Both the position numbers and the translations under genes were made by a program. From an uncultured Roseivirgaceae bacterium (lineage in GTDB: Bacteria > Bacteroidota > Bacteroidia > Cytophagales > Cyclobacteriaceae), in NCBI GenBank assembly GCA_964537165.1, contig CAZHZP010000001.1:1-41945 (forward strand): a stretch of DNA of 41,945 nt. Direction: 5' to 3'. Below are positions 7,816 through 17,800 of this stretch, in pieces. The notes beneath the pieces were generated by a model. It searched no databases. It was not told the origin of the DNA and worked only from the letters and a program-made list of their open reading frames with translations. Numbering within the stretch: position 1 is the stretch's first letter; every line of letters starts with the position of its first letter.

Positions 7816-9453
7816 ATGAAACTCGCTTCCCTATGTTATGTCAGGATTTGTGTGCTCTTGATGCTATCCTCCTGTGCCCAGCAAGAAAAGGTGGAACTGA
7901 TCATTCACAATGCCAACATCTACACGGTAGATGGCCGATTTAGTAAGGCAGAAGCCTTTGCGGTCAGTGGCGGGAAATTTGTAGCGGTGGGCAACAACGA
8001 GGACATCTTGGAGAAATATGCGGCTCCTGACGTGATAGATCTTCATGGAGGGGCGGTTTACCCAGGCTTCATTGACGCCCACGCCCATTTCTACGGCTAC
8101 GGAACCGGCCTACAGATAGCCGATCTGACGGGGGCAGCTTCCTTTGATGAACTCATCAAAAGGCTGGCCAGCCACAGGGAAAAACATCCCGATCAGGCTT
8201 GGCTGCTGGGAAGGGGCTGGGATCAAAACCTTTGGGAAAACAAAGCTTTTCCCAGCAGGGAAAAGCTGGATGAATTATTCCCGGATACGCCTGTGCTATT
8301 GACGCGCATTGATGGCCATGCGGCACTCGCCAACGGCCGTGCCCTGGATCTGGGCGGCATTACCGCTTCCACGACGATGTTAGGAGGCAAGGTGGTTTTG
8401 GAACACGGCGTGCCGACAGGTGTATTAATCGACAATGCCATCGGTTGGGTATCGGAAAAAATCCCGGAAATAAACCCGGAGGAAAAAAAGAAGGCCCTGC
8501 TTGCCGCACAAGAGAATTGCTTTCAGGTCGGCTTGACCACTGTGGCAGACGCAGGGCTAGATCGGGAGATTATCCAATTGATGGAAGAAATGCAAGAACA
8601 GGGCAACCTGAAAATGCGCATCTACGCCATGGTCAGCCCCACGCCGGAAAACATAGCTTATTACTTCGGGAAAGGCCCCTATCAAAACGATCTAATAACC
8701 GTCAGAAGCTTTAAGGTTTTCGGAGACGGGGCATTAGGCTCCCGCGGGGCTGCCTTGTTAGCGCCCTATCAGGACGCGCCGGATGAGCAGGGTTTTTTGT
8801 TGAGTTCGGTAGAAGAATTTGAGGCTTTGGCCCAAAAGATGTACAGCCATGGCTTCCAGATGAACACCCATTGTATCGGAGACTCCACCAACCGGACCTT
8901 GTTGGACATTTATGCCAAGGTACTTGGTGGAAAGAATGACAGGCGCTGGAGAATCGAACATGCACAGATTGTCCACGGTGAGGATGTAGCAAAGTTCGGA
9001 AAACACAATATCATCCCCTCGGTGCAGCCCACCCATGCCACATCGGACATGTGTTGGTCGGAAGACCGGCTGGGATCCGAACGGATCCATGACGCTTATA
9101 TTTTCAAACAGCTATTGGAGCAAAACGGATACATCGCTTTAGGGAGTGATTTTCCTGTAGAAGCCATTAATCCTTTGTTTGGATTCCATGCAGCTGTGGC
9201 CCGGCAAGATGCTAAAGGCTGGCCGGAAGGGGGCTTCCAGTCCGAAAATAAACTTACTAGGGAAGAAGCGCTAAAGGGAATGACCATCTGGGCGGCCTAT
9301 GCCAATTTTGAAGAGGACAGAAAAGGAAGTATCGAGGCGGGAAAGCTGGCGGACTTTGTGATTTTGGAACAGGATATCATGACTGCACCCGTGGAACAGC
9401 TAAGGGATATTGCAGTAGCAGGCACTTACCTAGGTGGCGAGAAAGTTTTCTGA
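7816..9453 (+). CDS. amidohydrolase-family (Amidohydro_3/YtcJ-like) lipoprotein
   Basis: Lipobox LLMLSSC. Metal-binding YPGFIDAHAHF, plus HCIGD, EHAQ and GSDFPVE blocks. 545 aa, typical for the family. Confidence 0.85.
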   Translation: MKLASLCYVRICVLLMLSSCAQQEKVELIIHNANIYTVDGRFSKAEAFAVSGGKFVAVGNNEDILEKYAAPDVIDLHGGAVYPGFIDAHAHFYGYGTGLQIADLTGAASFDELIKRLASHREKHPDQAWLLGRGWDQNLWENKAFPSREKLDELFPDTPVLLTRIDGHAALANGRALDLGGITASTTMLGGKVVLEHGVPTGVLIDNAIGWVSEKIPEINPEEKKKALLAAQENCFQVGLTTVADAGLDREIIQLMEEMQEQGNLKMRIYAMVSPTPENIAYYFGKGPYQNDLITVRSFKVFGDGALGSRGAALLAPYQDAPDEQGFLLSSVEEFEALAQKMYSHGFQMNTHCIGDSTNRTLLDIYAKVLGGKNDRRWRIEHAQIVHGEDVAKFGKHNIIPSVQPTHATSDMCWSEDRLGSERIHDAYIFKQLLEQNGYIALGSDFPVEAINPLFGFHAAVARQDAKGWPEGGFQSENKLTREEALKGMTIWAAYANFEEDRKGSIEAGKLADFVILEQDIMTAPVEQLRDIAVAGTYLGGEKVF

Positions 9454-9470
9454 GTACGGGGATATAGTAT

Positions 9471-9513
9471 GGAGGGGTGAAAATAAGGCAGTCTTATTTA
9501 GCCTTTCCCCTCC
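9471..9513. terminator. imperfect GC-rich hairpin between convergent genes
   Basis: GGAGGGG (9471-9477) pairs with CCCCTCC (9507-9513), and an inner stem ATAAG/CTTAT pairs 9483-9487 with 9493-9497. There is no clear U-tract on either side, so this is not a canonical intrinsic terminator. Confidence 0.4.
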
Positions 9514-9529
9514 AGTTCCCTACTTCGGC

Positions 9530-10234
9530 CTAGAATTCCAGATAGGGGCGTAACCGCGCTAGCCATTCCTCATTAAATATCTTGATCTTCAGCAGATCTT
9601 CGGCCTTTTGGTACTCCCCGTGCTGCTTCCTGTAGGCGACGAGGACTTTGGCATGGCCGAAGTTGATATACGGATGCTTGGCCAACTGGGCAGCATCTAG
9701 CTCATTGACCATCAATTTCCGGTGAATTTGCCCCGTAAGTGGGAAATATTCCACCACCCTGTCCGCCACTTCTTGGGTCACGCCATATACCTCCAGCAAC
9801 TGGCTCACCTGATGTATGCCGCCGAGGTTTTCCCTGTATTTGATAATCCTGCCCGCTAAGACTTCCCCGATCCCCGGAACCACCTGTAGAACGATGGAGT
9901 CAGCTTCTGCAAAGTCCATCAGGCTGAGGCTGGGTTCTTTCGGTTTGACATACACACTCACCCTACGGGTCGTATCCTGTCCGGGCCGTCGATTTTGGGT
10001 CATGTATTTCCTTCCCAGCGAATCGGGATGAAACTTTCCCGATACCAGTAACTGATCCACCTGTTCCAGGTATATTTTGTATTCCTCCTCATTTGCATAC
10101 TTTAATATCCTGTTATATATTACAGGGATCATGTAGAGCAATAACAAAACCGGGAAGACCAACAGGAAACCTCTTGATTCCCTTCTGGAGAATCCGAAGT
10201 AAACCTTCAAAAAGTAAAGCAACTTTCTTCCCAT
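9530..10234 (-). CDS. ComEA-like helix-hairpin-helix DNA-binding membrane protein
   Basis: N-terminal TM segment (FLLVFPVLLLLYMIPVIY). Two HhH-like segments (VVPGIGEVLAGRIIKYRENLGG and ELDAAQLAKHPYINFGHAKVLVAYRKQHG). Confidence 0.65.
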   Translation of the reverse strand: MGRKLLYFLKVYFGFSRRESRGFLLVFPVLLLLYMIPVIYNRILKYANEEEYKIYLEQVDQLLVSGKFHPDSLGRKYMTQNRRPGQDTTRRVSVYVKPKEPSLSLMDFAEADSIVLQVVPGIGEVLAGRIIKYRENLGGIHQVSQLLEVYGVTQEVADRVVEYFPLTGQIHRKLMVNELDAAQLAKHPYINFGHAKVLVAYRKQHGEYQKAEDLLKIKIFNEEWLARLRPYLEF

Positions 10235-10423
10235 GACTTAAGAAATACATCCTTAGACCGCTGATCAAACGAAAATGCTTTGAAGCATATAATTTAATAA
10301 GTTTGGAATTATTTTCCAATTTTTGACCTTCCTAGTGTGGCCGGTTTGCCAGGACACATTATTTAGACAGGTTTTAAATTAGTAAAACAGGGTCAATTAA
10401 TTTAATTCGTGATCAATCTGTGG

Positions 10424-10431
10424 TAAATTTG
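10424..10431 (+). promoter_or_regulatory. Bacteroidota -7 box TAAATTTG upstream of hemA
   Basis: Exact TAnnTTTG match ending 20 nt before the hemA ATG. I found no good -33 TTG at the expected spacing. Confidence 0.35.
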
Positions 10432-10451
10432 CACAAGTAAATATTTCCATA

Positions 10452-11732
10452 ATGCAAAATAAATTTAGAGCTTTAAGTTTATCTTATAAAATTGCGCCGG
10501 TAGAGGTTAGGGAAATCATTTCTTTGGATGAGGGAGATGTCCGATCAATTTTATTGAAACTGAAGGAATTTTTTAGTGTTACGGATACTTTAATTTTATC
10601 TACCTGCAACCGCACGGAGGTTTATTACTCACACGAACTTGATCTAAGTACTGAAATCATCAAATTAATCGGACTTGAAAAAGGCCTGCCTGATGTGGTT
10701 TCCTACTTGGAATATTTCAGGATTATCAATGATGACCGGGAAGCCATCGATCACCTGTTTAGGGTAGCAATGGGCTTGGAAGCCCAGGTAACAGGCGACA
10801 TGCAAATCTCCAACCAGGTAAAAAGGGCTTATCAGGCATCCGCTGATCTGGATATCGCAGGCCCCTTTCTGCACCGATTGATGCATACCGTCTTTTACAC
10901 CAACAAAAGGGTGGTACAAGAAACCCCTTTCAGAGATGGCGCAGCCTCGGTTTCCTATGCGGCAGTAGAACTGATTGAGGAACTGACCTCCAATACCTAT
11001 CAGCCTAGGATTCTCCTGTTAGGCCTGGGAGAGATCGGACAGGACGTGGCCAAAAACATGGTGCATATTCCAGAAGCGAAAGTTTCGATTGCCAACCGGA
11101 CTTATCAAAAGGCCCAAGAACTGGCCGACGAGATGAATTTCACTGTAGTGCCTTTTGAAGACTGCTATAAAGCCATGGAAGAGGCCGATGTGATTGTCTC
11201 ATCTATTGCGAAAAATGATCCTTTCGTCACCAAAGACCTGCTCAAAACGTTCGACATCAAGAGCTATAAAATATTTGTCGACCTCTCCGTTCCCAGAAGT
11301 GTCGAGACATCCGTTGAGGATGTGCCTGGGGTGGTTCTTTACAATGTTGACAACATAAAAAGCAAAGCCACCGAAGCTTTGCAAAAGAGATTGGCCTCCA
11401 TCCCACAGGTGGAAGTTATTATAGAGGAGAGCATTGACGAATTTTATAACTGGAAAAAAGAATCAATGGCCTCCCCTACCATCAATAAGCTAAAAAATGC
11501 TTTGGAGCTGATCCGCAAGGAAGAGATGGAAAGACACCTGAAGAACGCCGATCCCAAGGAATACGCCATCATCGACAAAATCACCAAAAGCATGATGCAA
11601 AAGGTGCTAAAGGTTCCCGTCGTACAGCTTAGGGCGGCCTGTCAGCGTGATCAGGCAGAGCAGATGATTGACTTGATTTCGGATTTATTTGATCTGGAAA
11701 AGGATGGCGCCAGCAATAAAAAAACGGTATGA
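10452..11732 (+). CDS. hemA: glutamyl-tRNA reductase
   Basis: LSTCNRTEVYY catalytic-Cys block, GLEAQVTGDMQI, NADPH-binding LLLGLGEIG and a C-terminal dimerisation helix region. 426 aa. Confidence 0.9.
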   Translation: MQNKFRALSLSYKIAPVEVREIISLDEGDVRSILLKLKEFFSVTDTLILSTCNRTEVYYSHELDLSTEIIKLIGLEKGLPDVVSYLEYFRIINDDREAIDHLFRVAMGLEAQVTGDMQISNQVKRAYQASADLDIAGPFLHRLMHTVFYTNKRVVQETPFRDGAASVSYAAVELIEELTSNTYQPRILLLGLGEIGQDVAKNMVHIPEAKVSIANRTYQKAQELADEMNFTVVPFEDCYKAMEEADVIVSSIAKNDPFVTKDLLKTFDIKSYKIFVDLSVPRSVETSVEDVPGVVLYNVDNIKSKATEALQKRLASIPQVEVIIEESIDEFYNWKKESMASPTINKLKNALELIRKEEMERHLKNADPKEYAIIDKITKSMMQKVLKVPVVQLRAACQRDQAEQMIDLISDLFDLEKDGASNKKTV

Positions 11733-11781
11733 TGGCCGTAGCCCAACGATCATGATCCCATAGCAGCGGGAAGCCACAAAA

Positions 11782-11829
11782 AAACCCTTGGATCTATGAC
11801 TTAAGTGTTCAGCATAGATCCAAGGGTTT
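11782..11829. terminator. bidirectional rho-independent terminator
   Basis: Perfect 17-bp stem AAACCCTTGGATCTATG / CATAGATCCAAGGGTTT with a 14-nt loop. An A-run precedes it and a T-rich stretch follows. It lies between convergent hemA and the small ORF at 11849. Confidence 0.75.
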
Positions 11830-11848
11830 ACCTTTTAATTCCTGCGGA

Positions 11849-12082
11849 TTAAACCTTTTCCAGTCCGGAAGATTTAGCCCTTTTCTTGATGGTTCTGATT
11901 ACATTTTCGGATGGCTCCAAGATAAGTTGGTCAAGTTGCTCCACAGTGCTCAGCATATCAATGTACCCTTGCATCAATTCGTCATCTTCATGCAAAGCCT
12001 GCACCAACCCTTCACTTTCAACCGCATCCATTTCCTGATAAATGTACCTTACCAGATCACTTTGGGTAAAACATTTCGTCAT
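11849..12082 (-). CDS. small acidic hypothetical protein overlapping the 3' end of the ECF sigma gene
   Basis: 77 aa from the ATG at 12082 (MTKCFTQSDLVRYIYQEMDAVESEGLVQALHEDDELMQGYIDML...), overlapping the sigma-gene stop by 26 nt. No TM segment. Its position suggests a sigma-partner role, but that is inference only. Confidence 0.5.
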   Translation of the reverse strand: MTKCFTQSDLVRYIYQEMDAVESEGLVQALHEDDELMQGYIDMLSTVEQLDQLILEPSENVIRTIKKRAKSSGLEKV

Positions 12083-12659
12083 AAGCAATATTTATTTTTC
12101 CTAATTTCTTCCTCATGTTGATCAAGGCATACCGCATCCTTCCCAGTGCGGTGTTGATGCTCACGCCCGTCTGCTCTGCGATTTCCTGAAAACTCAAATC
12201 CATATAGTGCCTCATGATAAGCACTTGCCTTTGGCTCTCCGGCAGTTCGTCAATCAGCCGTTGGACTAACGTATAGGTTTCATCCTTAATCCGCAAGTCC
12301 TCAATGTTCTCCTCAGCGAACTGGAGGGTATTGAAAACGTTGGATCCGTCTTCCATTACTACCGACGGATACCTTTTCATTTTTCTAAAGTAGTCAATGG
12401 CAAGGTTATGAGCTATCCTCATCAACCATGGCTGGAATTTGCCCTCCTCGTTATATCTGTCCGAGTTTAAAGTTTGTACCACCTTTACAAATACATCCTG
12501 CAACAAATCTTCAGCCACTCCCTGATCTTTGACAATCATGTGGATGGTGGTAAAAACCCTCGCCTTATATTTGTCAACCAACGCCTCGAAAGCAGCCTCG
12601 CTCCCGTTCCTATACTGCGAAATCAGTTCGCTGTCCTTAGGTCCTAGCCTTTTACTCAT
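12057..12659 (-). CDS. ECF-type RNA polymerase sigma-70 family factor
   Basis: Region 2 (FEALVDKYKARVF...DLLQDVFVKV...WLMRIAHNLAIDYFRK) and region 4 (LPESQRQVLIMRHYMDLSFQEIAEQTGVSINTALGRMRYAL). Confidence 0.85.
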   Translation of the reverse strand: MSKRLGPKDSELISQYRNGSEAAFEALVDKYKARVFTTIHMIVKDQGVAEDLLQDVFVKVVQTLNSDRYNEEGKFQPWLMRIAHNLAIDYFRKMKRYPSVVMEDGSNVFNTLQFAEENIEDLRIKDETYTLVQRLIDELPESQRQVLIMRHYMDLSFQEIAEQTGVSINTALGRMRYALINMRKKLGKINIAYDEMFYPK

Positions 12660-12822
12660 AAATCAAACTTTTAAAATAACGTAGAGAGTTATGCCATATT
12701 GTAACTTTAGAAGTGAAACATACATTGTAAGGTATTCAAATGTATTGAATTGAGGCAAAGAACGCAATGAATTTGCCACTTTTATCAGAGAACAGCACGG
12801 AGACGTGCAGACGGCACACGCA

Positions 12823-14079
12823 TTACCTTATGCCGAACTCCTTCCTCAGCTTTTCGACATAATCCAGCTTTTCCCAGGTAAACAGCTCCACATCCAGCGT
12901 AATCGAGGTGCCATCGGGAGACATAAAGGTCTTAGTGACCACTTCATTGTCCCTTCCCATATGCCCGTACGCGGCCGTTTCCTCGTAGATAGGGTTTCTC
13001 AACTTCAACCGTTGTTCGATAGCATAAGGTCGCATATCAAAAATCTCTTCCATCTTTTTGGCGATTTCCCCGTCAGTCAATCCAACTTTGGAGCTGCCAT
13101 AGGTATTTACATAAATCCCCATGGGCTTTGCTACCCCGATGGCGTAGGACACCTGCACAAGTATCTCATCTGCCACGCCTGCCGCTACCATGTTTTTGGC
13201 GATATGACGGGTGGCATAAGCGGCGGATCTGTCCACTTTAGAGGGATCTTTTCCCGAAAAGGCTCCTCCTCCATGAGCACCTTTGCCTCCGTAGGTATCC
13301 ACAATGATTTTCCGACCCGTCAGTCCTGTGTCACCATGGGGACCGCCGATCACAAATTTCCCGGTGGGATTGATATGGTAGGTAATGTTATCGGTAAACA
13401 GGGCCTGAATTTTAGAAGGCAACTGTGCTTTAACCCTGGGGATCAGAATGCTGATGATGTCGTTCTTTATCTTTTCTAACATGGAGCTTTCCTCATCGAA
13501 ATCATCATGCTGGGTGGAGACCACAATAGAGTCGATCCGCTGCGGCACATTTTCATCGCTGTACTCAATGGTCACTTGTGCCTTAGCATCGGGTCGTAGA
13601 TAAGGTATTTCATCGCCCTCCCTTCTCAATTCGGCCAGTTCTTTCAACAAACGGTGGGAAAGATCCAATGCCAAAGGCATATAATTTTCCGTTTCATTGG
13701 TCGCATAACCAAACATCATCCCTTGATCGCCAGCTCCCTGCTCTTCAGGGTTATCCCGCTCCACCCCTTGGTTGATGTCAGGAGACTGCTCATGGATAGC
13801 AGACAATATCCCACAGGAACTTCCCGCAAACATATATTCGCTTTTGGTGTAGCCGATCCGATTGATCACATCCCGGGCGATTTTTTGCACATCCAGATAG
13901 GTGTCTGACTTCACCTCACCAGCTAAAACCACCTGCCCGGTGGTCACCAGCGTTTCACAAGCTACCTTTGATTTAGGGTCAAAAGCTAAAAAATTATCGA
14001 TGAGGGCATCTGAAATTTGATCTGAGATTTTATCAGGATGTCCTTCAGAAACTGACTCCGAAGTAAATAAATAGGACAT
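12823..14079 (-). CDS. metK: S-adenosylmethionine synthetase
   Basis: [31 protein letters not shown] and [19 protein letters not shown] signatures. 418 aa. Confidence 0.95.
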   Translation of the reverse strand: MSYLFTSESVSEGHPDKISDQISDALIDNFLAFDPKSKVACETLVTTGQVVLAGEVKSDTYLDVQKIARDVINRIGYTKSEYMFAGSSCGILSAIHEQSPDINQGVERDNPEEQGAGDQGMMFGYATNETENYMPLALDLSHRLLKELAELRREGDEIPYLRPDAKAQVTIEYSDENVPQRIDSIVVSTQHDDFDEESSMLEKIKNDIISILIPRVKAQLPSKIQALFTDNITYHINPTGKFVIGGPHGDTGLTGRKIIVDTYGGKGAHGGGAFSGKDPSKVDRSAAYATRHIAKNMVAAGVADEILVQVSYAIGVAKPMGIYVNTYGSSKVGLTDGEIAKKMEEIFDMRPYAIEQRLKLRNPIYEETAAYGHMGRDNEVVTKTFMSPDGTSITLDVELFTWEKLDYVEKLRKEFGIR

Positions 14080-14171
14080 ATATAGCAGGTTATCTGTTGA
14101 ATAAAATGAAATGTAAAAATAGGGTTTCAGTTGGAAATAAAAAATCCGATGCTTTCCCTATAAAATATTTT

Positions 14172-14204
14172 AGGGTCAAGGAAATCAACTCATTCCTTGA
14201 CCCT
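14172..14204 (-). terminator. hairpin downstream of lspA
   Basis: 11-bp stem AGGGTCAAGGA / TCCTTGACCCT with an 11-nt loop, 27 nt after the lspA stop. On the minus strand it is followed by AAAATATTTTA, which is only a weak U-tract. Confidence 0.4.
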
Positions 14205-14230
14205 GACAGGCCGTCCCTAGTTTTTCTGCT

Positions 14231-14851
14231 CTATAAATTGCTTCTGGATTTCATCTTCCTTTTCTTCTTCCTTTTCTCCTTCATCAAAAAACGCTTCTGA
14301 AAAACCAAGATGATCGCCACTCCAACAAAAATAGAGGCATCTGCTATATTAAATATGGGCCATAAGGCGGTATAGCTACCGCCCCATAAAGGTACCCATT
14401 CAGGAATAAAACCTTCCCAGATGTCAATATAAAACATATCCACCACCTGTCCGTGGAACCATGGCGTGCTGGCGTTGAATGGAGCGTTATTTAACCAAAC
14501 ACCATAGAACACACTATCGATTAAGTTGCCTACCGCCCCGCCCAGAATCAATGCAATACAAACAATGTATCCCGGATGGGCTTTCTGATGAATGATGTGG
14601 AACAAATAGTAGCCGATCCCAAACATGGCAACCAGGCGAAAACTGGTCAATATCAGTTTACCGTATTCGGAGCCCAATTCCATGCCGAAAGCCATGCCGG
14701 GGTTGGTGGTGTAGTGTAGCTTGAACCAGTCTCCAAACACCTTGATCTGCCCCGCTGTACCGAAATCCATTTGATAATGGACGATCAGCTTTACGGCTTG
14801 GTCTATGGCGATGATCAATAAGGTAATACCAAAATACTTTAGATATTTCAT
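14231..14851 (-). CDS. lspA: lipoprotein signal peptidase (signal peptidase II)
   Basis: NPGMAFG, GGAVGNLIDS and FNIADASI blocks carrying the catalytic Asp residues. Four hydrophobic helices. Lys-rich C-terminal tail. Confidence 0.85.
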   Translation of the reverse strand: MKYLKYFGITLLIIAIDQAVKLIVHYQMDFGTAGQIKVFGDWFKLHYTTNPGMAFGMELGSEYGKLILTSFRLVAMFGIGYYLFHIIHQKAHPGYIVCIALILGGAVGNLIDSVFYGVWLNNAPFNASTPWFHGQVVDMFYIDIWEGFIPEWVPLWGGSYTALWPIFNIADASIFVGVAIILVFQKRFLMKEKRKKKRKMKSRSNL

Positions 14852-14868
14852 GTCCTTTTATTTATGCG

Positions 14869-17800
14869 CTATACCGCGGCCTTTTCTACTTTGACGGACA
14901 GCATGTAGTCGTCCATGTCCAATTCAATCGCATCATCCAGCGTTTCGCAGATGGATAGGGATAATGCCTGGGTTTCAGCTTGAATATAATCGGCAAAACC
15001 TGTCAAAGCCAGATCCACTTCCTCTGTGGAAGTATTTACTTGAATACTGATTTTGTCCTGAACCTCCAGCCCCATATCCTTGCGGAGATTTTGGATCCTA
15101 TTTACGAAATCCCTTGCTATGCCTTCCTGTTTTAACCCGGTGGTTAACGTAACATCCAGGGCTACGGTTATGCCTCTGTCGCTGGCCACAGACCAACCGG
15201 GGATATCCTGGGAAGTAATCAGTACCTCTTCCAGAGAGAGGCTCACCTGCTCACCATCCACGCTAAGGTCAAATCTACCGTTACGTTCTATCATACCGAT
15301 TTCCTCCTGGCCCCACTGGCTGACGGCGGCTGCCACCTGCTTCATCTTGGGGCCAAACCGTCTGCCTAATAGGGCAAAGTTCGGTTTTATATTTTTGACC
15401 AAGATACCGGAAGTATCATCAATGTATTCGATCTCCTTGATATTCACCTCCGCCTTGATCAGTTCCTCCACATGCTGGATCTGTTCTTTGACCTTTTCGT
15501 TTAAGATCGGTATCAGGATTTTTTGGAGTGGCTGCCGCACTTTTAGCCTCTCCTTTTTCCTTAAAGAATGCACCAAGGAGGAAATATCCTGAGCCAGTTG
15601 CATGCTTGCTTCTAGGTCCTGGTTGATCAATGCCGGATCTGCGGAGTTCCAATCGCTCAGATGGACAGATGCAGCGAGCGCTTGTTCGGTTCCCCGGGCG
15701 CTTTCGGTCAGGTTGCGGTACATCCAGTCCGCATAAAACGGCGCAAAGGAAGACATCAGCTGGTTTAATGTCATCAGACACTCATACAAGGTCTCATATG
15801 CAGCCTGCTTGTCTATATTCATGTCGCCTCGCCAAAAGCGTTTGCGTGCCAAACGTACGTACCAGTTGGACAACTGGTCCACCGTGAAGTTCATGATCGC
15901 TCTCGTGGCCTTTGTGGCATCATACTGGTCCATCGCTTCCTCCACTTCTGCAACAAGGGTCTGAAGCTTGGATATGATCCAACGGTCCAGCTCAGGACGG
16001 TCTATCACCGGTACTTTTGTTCCCGCATCATAAAGAAACTCATCGAGGTTAGCATAGAGTGCAAAGAAGTTATAGGTATTCTGAAGCGTGCCAAAGAACC
16101 TCCGCTGCACTTCAGCTACGCCTTCCGCATTGAACTTGAGGTTGTCCCATGGGTTGGCGTTGGACAACAGGTACCAACGGAGCGCATCCGGCCCGTATTC
16201 CTTAAGCGTCGCAAATGGATCCACAGCATTGCCGAGCCGCTTGGACATCTTGTTCCCGTTCTTATCCAGGACGAGGCCGTTGGCCACGACATTTTTGAAC
16301 GCCACGCTGTCAAATAACATCCCTGCTATGGCATGTAGGGTAAAGAACCAACCGCGGGTCTGGTCCACCCCTTCTGCTATATAATCTGCGGGATAATTGG
16401 CTTTAAAAACATCTTCATTTTCGAACGGGTAATGCCATTGGGCATAGGGCATGGCTCCTGAATCAAACCACACATCGATCAGATCGGGTTCACGGGTCAT
16501 TTTTTCCCCGGATGAAGAGACGAGGACCACATCGTCCACATAAGGCCGGTGCAGGTCCATCTCCCCCTCTTTAAAAGGGGAAGCAGTCATGAACCCCATC
16601 TTGATGGATTGGGCTATTTCTTGGTTTAATTCCTCAATAGAGCCGATGCATTTGGTTTCGGTGCCCTCTTCATTTCGCCATATTGGAAGCGGCGTACCCC
16701 AGAACCTGGAACGGCTGAGGTTCCAATCGACCAGGTTTTCCAGCCAATTGCCAAACCTTCCTGTTCCCGTGGCTTCGGGTTTCCAGTTAATGGTTTTGTT
16801 CAGCTCTACCAGGCGGTCTTTATAAGCAGTGGTGCGGATGAACCAACTTTCCAGCGGGTAATACAAGATAGGCATATCCGTCCTCCAGCAGTGGGGGTAG
16901 CTGTGCTCATATTTTTCTACCTTGAAAGCCTTGTTTTCATTTTTTAAAATGATGGAAATGATGACATCGGTGTTTTTGTAATCCGTGGCGTCTTCATCAT
17001 CCTTGGCGTAATTCTTTACGTAGAAATCGTCTACACCGTAGGTTTTATGGGAAGTGATTTTGTGTTCAGCTATCTTATCTACTAAATACCGGCCCACGAC
17101 CGGTAGGAATTTGCCTTGCTTATCCACCACAGGCACGTCCTTATCATTTTCGTCTTTGACAAAAATACCGGGGATATGCTGCTGCTGAAGCGTCCTAAAG
17201 TCGTCCGCACCGAAAGCCTTGGCAAGGTGGACGATGCCTGTACCGTCTTCCGTGGTCACATAATCCCCGGAAATGACCGTAAAAGCCGGGGCCGCCAGTG
17301 CCAATCCCTCAATGGGGAACAACTGTTCATACGCAAGGCCCAGCAGGTCCTTTCCTTTCAACTCCTCGATTACCTCATACGGAATCAGCTTGTCCCCAGC
17401 TTTATAATCCCCAAGCTTAAGCGCTTTGGCTTTGGGATTAAAATAGGCACTCAGCCTAGCCTTCGCCAAGATGACGGTCTGCGGCAAGAAAGTATAGGGG
17501 TTAAAGGTTTTTACTTTTACATAATCCAGTTTCTCCCCCACAGCCAATGCAGAGTTGGCAGGAAGCGTCCAAGGGGTGGTGGTCCAAGCCAGGAGATAAA
17601 CATCTTCCTGGCCATTGACCTTAAACTGGGCTGTAATAGAAGTATCCTTCACTTCCCGATAACAGCCGGGTTGGTTCAGCTCATGCGAACTCAAGCCCGT
17701 ACCTGCTGCGGGCGAATAAGGCTGTATGGTATAACCTTTATATAACAGGTCCTTTTCATATAGCTGCTTCAGCAAGTGCCACAGGCTCTCGATATATTTG

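Noticed and set aside
10338-10350. Sigma-54-like TGGCCGGTTTGCC in the comEA/hemA divergent region
   Set aside because: The GG and GC elements are several nt closer than the fixed -24/-12 spacing allows.
12805-13479. 224-aa plus-strand ORF
   Set aside because: Antisense to metK, whose translation carries all the canonical SAM-synthetase signatures. Shadow ORF.
14080-14171. Search for a SAM riboswitch in the metK leader
   Set aside because: The minus-strand leader (AAAATATTTTATAGGGAAAGCATCGGATTTTTTATTTCCAACTGAAACCCTA...) shows none of the SAM-I conserved blocks. I could not fit a SAM-II pseudoknot. Only trivial short stems are present.
14231-14300. Lys/Arg-rich C-terminal tail of LspA (KEKRKKKRKMKSRSNL)
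   Set aside because: It is in frame with a well-supported lspA and reads as a plausible cytoplasmic basic tail. There is no evidence of a fusion or frameshift.
17116-17745. 209-aa plus-strand ORF, plus other ORFs of 60-170 aa within 15080-18339
   Set aside because: Antisense or out of frame within ileS. Arg/Gly/Pro-rich composition typical of shadow frames.
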